Part shown: positions 35,630 through 44,980 of the stretch, piece after piece | Numbering within the stretch: position 1 is the stretch's first letter | How the letters are laid out: each line of letters starts with the position of its first letter | NCBI GenBank assembly: GCA_030390025.1 | Contig: CM059432.1 | Coordinates: 150,662,001-150,726,000 of the forward strand | From: Squalus acanthias | Taxonomy: Eukaryota | Length of the DNA: 64,000 nt | Reading direction: 5' to 3' | Translations under genes and position numbers: made by a program | Notes under the pieces: generated by a model | The model's database searches: none | What the model was told of the DNA's origin: nothing | Seen by the model: only the letters and a program-made list of their open reading frames with translations

Positions 35630-35887
35630 AGGGGCCGCCCTGGGAACGGGCGGCGCTGTACAGTAATAAGTTTAAGTTTGTAAGTTTCTGATAAGTTTAA
35701 GGTAATAAGTTCATCGTTTTAAATAAGGTTAAGTTTGTAGTTTAATTTTAACAGAAAATGATAAAATGATGGGAGTTTTAGATAGGTTTAGTTAAAGTTT
35801 ATTTAGTGAACATTGAAGTTTACGTGAGGCGAGGTCAGGGGACCCGCTCACCTTTCACAAAAGCCAGAGACTCTTGCGAGGCTGGCT

Positions 35888-35909
35888 ACCTCATTCTATC
35901 TGATCACAG
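35888..35909 (+). promoter_or_regulatory. Putative env splice acceptor
   Basis: cctcattctatctgatcacAG|G lies 13 nt upstream of the env ATG. Confidence 0.5.
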
Positions 35910-35922
35910 GAACCAAGGAAGG

Positions 35923-38274
35923 ATGGAACGAATTCTAGTATTGCTCGCGGCAATCGGATGTGGATTGGCCTATCGAGGCCGCACCAAGGATGTCGTGGTG
36001 TTTGGATGCTCCGGGGACACGGCCCCCATCGCGGTGGATGGGACCGGAAGGCGGGAGGCTGAGGAGACCACCACCTATTTCCACAAGGGAAGGTGGCCAG
36101 GATGGCTGGGAACGAACTCGACGGAGTATTCCAGCACATCGGGGTTTGCCTACCAAGAGACTTCTTTAATGTGCCCCAAAGTAAGGATCATCGCACCCAG
36201 AATCAACGTCACCGTCGGCAAACGGATTTGTTTGACTTGTAATGGGAATGTCCCATTGAGCCGATGGTGGTGGCTGCGAAAGCTGAGCAAAAACATGAGG
36301 AACTCTTCGGTCGAGTGGGAACGACTGGGTAATAATACCCATCGGACAATTACGGGGACAAACGGACAAGTGAGAGTCTGTTGGGACAAATGGTGGGAAC
36401 CGGATGAGGAAATTTATGTATGCATGTGGGGGTCAAAGTACGCTTGCCCCAAAGGCATCTCCATATTTTTCATTAATCAATGGCAGGATAACGGACAGGG
36501 GATGAGGTGGGATGCGAGCACCCGGGGGTGCGGAGCCCCATACTCTTCGATCCCGGTAAATGCCACTGAGCTCATTACGCGCCCACGCAAAGCCCCGCCC
36601 ACGATTCCGGTGGCTCTAGCTGAAGAGGAAGGGTGCCCTAAAACCAGTAAGGGACCCGGGAATGGTTTGGTACTGGTCCCCACAGACCAGATACTATTTC
36701 AGGGGGTACATTACGCGGTGGCCTCGGTGATTTTAAATCTCACCGAGGTGCGGTTACCAGAGTGGTGCCCCAAAAAGACGGAACAGTTGTATCAGGTCCT
36801 GTTGACCAAGATGTTCAGACAATTTTACGAATTCGATTTCGCGGAAATTGATAAAACAAGTTTGTACACTGCACCACATGAAGTTTTTGATCAAGTGGGG
36901 AGACAAAGAAGGGGTGTAGTGAACGACGCGTTCACTGCTTTTAACACGGGTACATCTGTGGTCAACGCTCTAGACAGTGTGGAGCTGCAGACCCAGATTA
37001 ATGGTTTAAAGACGCAATTAAAAGACATTCTAACAGATGAAAACAAGGTGGTTGGGTCGGGTTTACACGAGGACCAAGCCATGACTCTCCATTTAAAGGA
37101 AATTATAGCAGAGTTAGAGAAACATGCAAAGACGGTAAATGCCCTGATTAGGGAAGATCGGAATGCATCAGATCAAGCTGCGCAGAATGAGGTGTGCGTG
37201 CTTTACGGGGCGTGGTTACTGGGCGAGGGCCGCAGTAATTTGGAGGATTTAAAACAAGGTTTGGTCCCGTCCTGGATAAGTAACAAACACCTGCGGGCGC
37301 TCCACCCTTTTCAGAACGCATTAAGCCCGTGCCAGCTCAGGCTAGCTTCAGAAGCATACCCAGTCCCCGTGGACTGTGGACGATCAAACCATACCATTAT
37401 GGGTATAGTTTTACGTATGCCGGTTTTGGGCGACACAGCAAAGCCCGCCCCGGTGTATCGGGTAGAGAACATTGGTGTCATTCAGGGGGGAGCCCACATT
37501 CGCTATGCAGCGGTTCCACCCTACGTCATCCGCTGGGAGCAAACGATGACAGGTACAGATCTCTCTGGTTGTCGTGGCAGGGGAGCACACATAATACTGT
37601 GTCCCCAGCACTTGAATGCCTTTTTAACACCACAGTGCGGGTTCAGAACGGCTGGCGCCAAGTCCATGAATTGCACCATGGAGGCAATGGCACAAGATCA
37701 TGTGCCTCCGCAGGTAGCATACATCGGGGGTGGAACATATTGTGTTACCACTGCAGCGCAACACTACCAGCATGGAAACCGTAGCCGGTGTCCGGTGAGT
37801 GACAGCAGTTTCTGTTTCAAACCCAGGGCGGAAGTTCAAGTAGCACAACAGCGAATTGTCCCAATCCCTGAACCATCCACTGTTCATCTAACAGTAAAAG
37901 AGAATTTCACCGACTTGCAGCGATTCGTCGCGCATTTCGGATACCTCATTCCCCCTCTCCCTGAACACCTCACCAAGCTTTTAAAAGCCGTCACGGTGTC
38001 ACAAAAACATTTTTACACACTAGAGCAGAAAACTGTCGAGATAGGGACCGACATTCTGGATATAGTAATTCCACCGTGGTGGAATCTGTTCACCAATATT
38101 GAAGTACCTTCATGGATCAGAATAGCCTCCCACATTTTAGTGGTATGCCAAGTTTTTATTGTAGTGTACCTATTGGTCGTACATTGTAAGAGAGGCAAAC
38201 GCCTCACCAAGCACGAAAACACGGGAGAGTGGCGAGAACGTTACGTGCGCGTGCACGATGAAAGCACCGTGTGA
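35923..38274 (+). CDS. env: Envelope glycoprotein (783 aa): signal peptide, Ig-like domain, paramyxovirus F-like class I fusion module, TM anchor, short tail
   Basis: Strong-context ATG at 35923 gives signal peptide MERILVLLAAIGCGLA. Many N-x-S/T sites; furin site RQRR (36901-36912) followed by a heptad repeat; Cys-rich region; TM IASHILVVCQVFIVVYLLVV. Confidence 0.9.
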   Translation: MERILVLLAAIGCGLAYRGRTKDVVVFGCSGDTAPIAVDGTGRREAEETTTYFHKGRWPGWLGTNSTEYSSTSGFAYQETSLMCPKVRIIAPRINVTVGKRICLTCNGNVPLSRWWWLRKLSKNMRNSSVEWERLGNNTHRTITGTNGQVRVCWDKWWEPDEEIYVCMWGSKYACPKGISIFFINQWQDNGQGMRWDASTRGCGAPYSSIPVNATELITRPRKAPPTIPVALAEEEGCPKTSKGPGNGLVLVPTDQILFQGVHYAVASVILNLTEVRLPEWCPKKTEQLYQVLLTKMFRQFYEFDFAEIDKTSLYTAPHEVFDQVGRQRRGVVNDAFTAFNTGTSVVNALDSVELQTQINGLKTQLKDILTDENKVVGSGLHEDQAMTLHLKEIIAELEKHAKTVNALIREDRNASDQAAQNEVCVLYGAWLLGEGRSNLEDLKQGLVPSWISNKHLRALHPFQNALSPCQLRLASEAYPVPVDCGRSNHTIMGIVLRMPVLGDTAKPAPVYRVENIGVIQGGAHIRYAAVPPYVIRWEQTMTGTDLSGCRGRGAHIILCPQHLNAFLTPQCGFRTAGAKSMNCTMEAMAQDHVPPQVAYIGGGTYCVTTAAQHYQHGNRSRCPVSDSSFCFKPRAEVQVAQQRIVPIPEPSTVHLTVKENFTDLQRFVAHFGYLIPPLPEHLTKLLKAVTVSQKHFYTLEQKTVEIGTDILDIVIPPWWNLFTNIEVPSWIRIASHILVVCQVFIVVYLLVVHCKRGKRLTKHENTGEWRERYVRVHDESTV

Positions 38275-38707
38275 TCGGAAAATGGCGTCACTCCCGCTTG
38301 CCACGTGCGCCGCGGAAGTTTGTACTCGATCATGATTTTTCGGAAACTGTAAATACGTTTGGAACTCGACATGTTTTAAGAGTCGGTGTTGATTATTTTG
38401 GTGATGGTGTTGTAGTTAAAAATGATTGTTTGGTTTTGTTTATTTTTCTTCTCCCTAAATAAAAATATGAATATACAGGTGATACGAGAGGCATCGGCCT
38501 GGTTACACCTGGAAGGAAAACAAGTGGTGTAAGTTTAAAGGCAAATGATGCCTACGGTGATATAAAGTGTAATTTTCTTGGGAAATAAGGACGACGCAAA
38601 GACCCTAGATAGTTTAAGTTATGGGATTAATTTTCTGGATCTGGAGAAATCGAGATAATATTGCTCACCACAATATTTTTGATACGATAAGCGGAGTTAT
38701 TCGCATC

Positions 38708-38719
38708 AACAGGAGGGAC
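38708..38719 (+). promoter_or_regulatory. Polypurine tract
   Basis: aacaggagggac immediately precedes the TGTAG start of the 3' LTR. Confidence 0.7.
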
Positions 38720-40388
38720 TGTAGAATTCGCAATATATCGCGATTTTATTAATAAGGAGAAGAACACATAGTTTCGTTCAAACAGCTTTTATTTCAGCAG
38801 AATGCTGTCAGGTTTTCAAAGTGGACACAAGCAGCTTGTAAAATGGCCGCCGCGCCTCGTGGCAGAACATTCTAGACTTTTTAACAGGCAGACAAGATGG
38901 CGTTCCAGTAAACATTTGTGCAAGATCGATTAAGACTCAGCACATTGAAGATAATACACGAGACATCATGGGTTCACAGTATACACATAAATACTGAAAT
39001 CGGTCTCCCAGGTGCGAATGAGGGCTGCTGTACCAAGTAATCAAGAACCCATCCAAAGACATTAATATGTAAAATCCCAACGACCCTACGATGAGAGAGC
39101 CGTTAGCGGGTAGTTACAGAAAACACTTGGAAGCCCAAAACCCCTCCAGGGAGAACACCGACCGATTAAACAATGGGAGAAATATTAACAGGTACTCAGA
39201 CATTTACGAGTAGCCCCGAAACCCATTAAAACGAAGATCACCCTATACAAGACATTTGAGCGCCAAACCCTAACAAAAGAAAAGACATTAAGGTTGGGCG
39301 GGAAACGGAAGATTTTGCACTATAATTACAAGCTCCAAACCGTCCATCTTGACTCTTGACTCTTGACTCTTATCTTGCTGGTGTTCATCCTCGTGGCTGC
39401 TCTTGACTCGCCGTCTTGTTCCTGCTTGCCTCGTGTCTCTTTTCAAAAGACTGTTGAACTTTACGATCCGCTCGGATCTACCTCGTGTCGTGTCGCGAAG
39501 ACCTGTGTAGAACTGGGCTCTGAAGCCTTGAAGCGGGCGCACCACCCCAATAAGTCGGTAAACGGTGTTGGAACCGAAGGCCCGAGATGAGATGAGATGA
39601 GATGAGATGAGAAGAGAAGAAGACCATACTTATCGCCACGGTCAGTAAGCTCCGACCGCGCCTGTAGGTCGAATAGACATTTTCCTTGCCCAGGAAGACT
39701 CTTCTTTGAGTTTTATCGAACCGGTGTGAGGGCACAGGAAGACTCTTTTTTGAGTAGAGTCGGAACTCCGAGGACAACACAGATCTTCATGACAGCAGAC
39801 GTTCCAGCCTGCTAGCCGGAGCAGAAACGAGTAAACAAGTGGGGCCAGGAGACCCCCTGATCGACACGTGGGCGCTGCGGTGAAAAACATCCGATCAGAG
39901 TTTTCGGAATTCTCCGAGTTATCACGAGTGGTGAGCATGAGTCTCGAATCCTACGAATCTAGCTTAGGACAGATATTGATAGGGGAGGGTTTTAAGTATT
40001 AAGGATAATTGTAATGTGTGCCCCCATTTACGATGTGTCGTTCGTTCCTCGTTTCCCCGAAATTAGTTACATAACTGCGTGTAAGATTGTACTGTCATTA
40101 ATCTGTGCTTATGACATGTGTTTCGTAATCTTAAATATTATGCAATAAAGATTTTCCATTTCGTACCATTCAACCGAGTCTACCTGAGTTTCATCTCCAT
40201 TACTGCTCTCGCATCTAAGTCCAGTGTCTAGAACCGTAAGGGCGAGTGGGTCGAACCACTCACAGGTGTGTCTAGTGCTCCCAGACTGGCTGGAGACCAG
40301 AACAGGCAACAAGGCCTAAACCCGCACTAGCACCCGGGCTGCACAGAGCCACGCGAATCTCACAGGCTGAGAGACAAAAACCCTTACA
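38720..40388 (+). repeat. 3' LTR (1669 bp)
   Basis: Direct repeat of 27676-29344. Confidence 0.97.
40144..40149 (+). terminator. Putative polyadenylation signal in the 3' LTR
   Basis: AATAAA, also at 29100-29105 in the 5' LTR and 1676-1681 in the solo LTR. Confidence 0.6.
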
Positions 40389-41728
40389 GGGAGGATTGGA
40401 AAATGATGGGCAGAGCCTCTGCTATTTCCTCCCTTGCTTCTCTTAACAGCCTGGGATACATTTCATCCAGGCCTGGCGATTTATCTACTTTCAAAGATGC
40501 TAAACCTCTTAATACTTCCTCTCTTACTATGTTTATCCCATCTAATATTTCACACTCCTCCTCCTCAACTGCAATGTCTGTATCGTCCCCCTCTTTTGTG
40601 AAGACAGACGTGTGAAGTATTCATTAAGAACCATACCATGTCTTCCACCTTCACATACCGGTTACCTTTTTGGTCTCTAATAGGCCCTACTCTTTCCTTA
40701 GTTATCCTCTTGCTCTTTATGTATTTATAAAACATCTTTGGGTTTTCCTTGATTTTACTTCAATATTTTTTTATGCTCTCTCTTTGCTTTCCTAATTTCC
40801 TTTTTAATTTCACCCCTGCATTTTCTATACTCCTCTAGGCTTTCTGCAGTATTGAACTCTCGGTATCTGACATAAGCTTCCCTTTATGCCTTATCCTACC
40901 CTGTAGGCTCCTTGACATCCAGGGGGCTCAGATTTGGAAGTCCCACCCTTTTTCTTTGTGGGAACATATTTTCACTGAACCCACACTATCTCCTCCTTGA
41001 ATGCCTCCCACTGCTCTGACACTGATTTACCTCCAAGTAGTTGTTTCCAGTCCACTTTCGCTAAATCACTTCTCAGCTTAGTAAAAATTGATCTTTCCCC
41101 AATTGAGAACTTTTACTCCTGTGCTATTTTTGCTCTTTTCCATAATTACGCTAAATCTAACTGAATTTTGATCACTACCACCAAAATGCTCGCCCACCGA
41201 TACCCCTTCCACCTGTCAAGCTTCATTCCCTAAAACTAAGTCCAGAACCGCCCCCTCTCTTGTTGGGCTTGCTACATACTGGCTAAAAATGTTCTCAACG
41301 CATGTTAAGAATTCTGCACCCTCTATATCTTTTACACTGATTATGTCCCAGTTAATATTTGGGTAGTTGAAGTCTTCTACTATTACTGTCGCATTGTTTT
41401 TGCACTTTTCAGAAATTTGCCGACATATTTGCTTTTCCATCTCCCTCTGACTATTTGGGGGGTCTACAGTACACATCTAGCAGTGTGATTGTACCTTTTT
41501 TATTCTTCAGTTCAACCCATATGGCCTCATTTGATGATCCTTCTAACATATCAACCCTCCTCACAGCTGTAATTGTTTCTTTAACCAATATTGCGATCCC
41601 CCCTCCTTTTTTATCCCTCTCTGTTGTCTGAAAACCCTGTATCCAGGAATGTTGAGCTGCCATTCCTGCCCTTCTTTAAGCCATGTTTCTGTAATAGCTA
41701 TGATATCATTCTTTCACGTGTCTATCTG
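40389..41728 (-). mobile_element. Host CR1 LINE, part 2 (ORF2 N-terminal/endonuclease region)
   Basis: Colinear with 61100-62390; VIVEDFNYPNINW and GGGIAILVKE motifs. Confidence 0.9.
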
Positions 41729-43835
41729 GGAGGAGCAGCGAGGCGGCGGTATAAAGAGAGCCTGAGGCGCAGGTAGGCCCCACAGCAGCAGCGGACCTGG
41801 GAGGAGCGGCGCGGCGGTGGTACCAACTCAACACCGGCAGAATTTTCAAAGAGTGACGTCAAAAATCAAAAGTGACGTCGGTACAAGGGGAGGGAGCCGA
41901 TTGGTGAGTATCTGGTAAGTGTTTTTACTTGGCTTTCTTAAAGTTTTTGAGTTTATTCCAGCTAGGTTAGTAAATTAGAGGTTAATTAGAGGTATGGCAG
42001 GGCAGCTCACACCTGTGGAATGCAAGTAAAATCAAGGAAAATCCAAAGATGTTTTATAAATATATTAAGAGTAAGAGGATAACTAAAGCAAGGGTTGGGC
42101 CCATTAGAGATCATGAGGGTAATGTGTGCGTGGAGGCGGGAGACGTCTGTAGGGTTCTTAATGAATACTTTGCGTCTGTTTTCACAAAGGAGAGGGGCGA
42201 AGCAGACATTGCTATCGGGGGAGGAGTGTGAAATATTAGATGAAATAAACATAGTGAGAGAGGAAGTATTAAGGGGTTTAGCAGATTTAAAGCAGGCCCA
42301 GGCTGTTAAGCAAAGCAAAAGAGGAAATAGCAGAGGCACTGACCATCATTTTTCAATCCTCTCTGGCTTCAGGTGTGGTGCTGGAGGACTGCTAATGTGG
42401 TACCCTTGTTTAAAAAGGGAGAAAAGGATAGACCAAGTAATTACAGGCCAGTCAGCCTAACCTCGGTGGTGGGAAAATTATTGGAAAGAATTCTGAAGGA
42501 CAGGATAAATCTTCATTTAGAAAGACACGGATTAATCAAGGATAGTCAGCACGGATTTGTTAAGGGAAGGTCGTGTCTGACAAACTTGATTGAATTTTTT
42601 GTGGTGGTAACAAGGAGGGTAGAAGAGGGTAGTGCATTTGATGTAGTGTATATGGATTTTAGCAAGGCTTTTGATAAGGTTCCACATGGCAGTCTGGTCA
42701 CGAAGTTAAAAGCCCATGGGATCCAAGGCAAAGTGTCAAGTTGGATTCAAAGCTGGCTCGGAGACAGGAAGCAGAGGCCAATGGTTGATTGGTGTTTTTG
42801 TGACTGGAAGGCTGTTTCCAGTGGGGTTCTGCAGGGCTCAGTACTAGGTCCCTTGCTTTTTGTGGTATACATCAACGATCTTGACTTGAATATAGGGAGT
42901 ATGATTAAGAAGTTTGCAGATGATACTAAAATCGGCTGTGTGGTTGATACTGAAGAAGGAAGCTGTAGACTGCAGGAAGATATCAATAAATTGGTCATGT
43001 GGGCAGAACAATGACAAATGGAATTCAATCCGGAGAAGTGTGAGGTAATGCATTTGGGGAGGGCTAACAAGGAAAGGGAATACACATTAAATGGTAGGAC
43101 ACTGAGTAGTGTAGAGGAACAAAGGGACCTTGGAGTGCATGTCCACAGATCCCTGAAGGTAGCAGGCCAAGTAGATAAGGTGGTTAAGAAGGCATACGGA
43201 ATGCTTGCCTTTATTAGCCGTGGCATAGAATACAAGAGCAGGAGGATTATGCTTCAACTGTATAAAACACTAGTTAGGCCTCAGCTAGAGTACTGCGTGC
43301 AGTTTTGGTCACCACATTACAGGAAAGATGTGATTGCACTAGAGAGGGTACAGAGGAGATTTACAAGGATGTTGCCGGGAGTAGAGAATCTTAGCTATGA
43401 GGAAAGACTGGATAGGCTGGGTCTGTTTTCCTTGGAACAGAGGAGGCTGAGGGGAGACCTTATTGAGGTGTATAAAATTATATGGGGCATAGATAAAGTG
43501 GATAGAAAGGACCTATTTCCCTTAGCAGAGGGGTCAAAAACCAGGGGGCACAGATTTAAAGTAATTGGGGCAAGGTTTAGAGGGGATTTGAGGGGAAATT
43601 TCTTCACCCAGAGGGTTGTGGGGGTCTGGAACTCACTGCCTGAAAGGGTGGTAGAGGCAGAAACTCTAACCACATTTAAAAAGTGCTTGGATGTGCACTT
43701 GGGATGCTCTAACCTGCAGGGCTACGGACCAAGAGCTGGGAAGTGGGATTAGGCTGGATAGCTCTTTGTTGGCCGGCGCGGACACGATGGGTCGAAATGG
43801 CCTCCTTCCGTGCTGTAACTTTCTATGATTCTATG
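41729..43835 (+). mobile_element. Internally deleted CR1 LINE (5' UTR and ORF1 start fused to the 3' half of ORF2), nested in the host CR1
   Basis: 41729-42024 matches the 5' UTR/ORF1 start of the 59118-63830 family. RT ORFs 42373-43014 and 43018-43752; tail ttctatgattctatga. Confidence 0.9.
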
Positions 43836-44980
43836 ATCTGCCTTATTCACTAGATTCCTTGCATTAAAGTAAGTACCATTAAGCACTGCCAAACTCCCTT
43901 GTTGTCTATTTTCTAGCCTGTTTCCTCTAACTTCCAAACATGCTTACTAATTTTCTGCCTTCCATTTCCAGCTTTGCTTCTCTCCCTTCCGAATCTATGC
44001 TCAGGTTCCCAACCCCCTGCCAAGCTAGTTTAAACCCTCCCCAACAGCACTAGCAAACCTTCTGCGATGATATTGGTCCCGGCCCTGCTGAGGTGCAACC
44101 CATCCAGCTTGTACAGGCCCCATCTCCCCCAGAACCTGTTCGCATGCCTCAGGAATCTAAAGCTCTCCCTCCTGCATCATCTCTCCAGCCACGCAGTCAT
44201 CTGCGCTATCCTCCTAATTCTGTACTCACCAGCACTCCCCTCCCCCCCAAGTATAGCTGAGCCACCCATGATGGCGTGGACTTGGCTCTGGCTGTACTCC
44301 CCAGAGGAACCATCGCCTTCATACCGGTGAGAGAGCAAGATGTACTCAGGAGACTCCTACACTACCTGCCTGGTCCTCCTTATATGTCTGGCGGTCACCC
44401 ATTCCCTCTCTGCCTGCACACACTTAAGCTGCGGGGTGACCACGTGCTATCCACGTAGTACTCAGCCTCGCAGATGCACTGCAGTGACGCCAGCTGCTGC
44501 CTAAGCTCCGAAACTCTGAGCTCGAGCTCCTCAAACTAAGAACTGTCCCTGATCTGGACAAAAAAAAACTCAATCAGCTCCTTCGCTTGTGCTGACGACA
44601 CTTTAGGTGTTTTTTACCTCTCCCTGACACTCTCGGGCTGCTCTCTCTCTCCCGCCACTTTACACTCTCGGGCTGTTCTCTCTCTCCCGCTGCTTTATAC
44701 TCTCGGGCTGCTCTCTCTCTCCCGCCACTTTACACTCTTGGGCTGCTCTCTCTCTCCCGCTGCTTTATACTCTCGGGCTGCTCTCTCTCTCCCGCTGCTT
44801 TTTACTCGAAGAACATGATCCGTTACCCACCAATCCACTCGCTCCACAGCAGTGACATCACTTTTGAATTTCTTTTTCAGATTTCCGCGTACTGCTCGCG
44901 CTCTCACCGACTCTCTGCCGCTGGTTCTCCCACTTTTATCTGTTGTCCTCTCGCATGGTATCCTCTCAGGCTCTCTGCTC
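43836..44980 (-). mobile_element. Host CR1 LINE, part 3 (decayed ORF1 and 5' UTR)
   Basis: Colinear, with deletions, to 62400-63420; 5'-UTR-like ccaatc...gtgacatca block. Confidence 0.8.
44626..44800. repeat. ~35-bp tandem repeat (about 5 units) in the CR1 5' UTR
   Basis: Units of the form acactctcgggctgctctctctctcccgc(ca/tg)cttt. Confidence 0.85.

Larger units (their letters stand above)
27676..40388 (+). mobile_element. Full-length endogenous retrovirus-like provirus (LTR-gag-pol-env-LTR, 12,713 bp), lokiretrovirus-like
   Basis: Two 1669-bp LTRs with TGTA...TACA ends, GGGA TSD (27672-27675 and 40389-40392), PBS, polypurine tract, gag, pol with dual RNase H, and F-like env. Confidence 0.95.

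Noticed and set aside
35806..35922. ORF-track N-terminal 39 aa of Env (GTG start)
   Set aside because: The signal peptide, strong Kozak context and a splice acceptor all point to ATG 35923
38271..38462. 63-aa ORF after env as an accessory gene
   Set aside because: GTG start, short, no motifs; compatible with chance in the 3' untranslated region
44626..44800. CRISPR-like array
   Set aside because: Head-to-tail tandem units without unique spacers, in a vertebrate CR1 5' UTR
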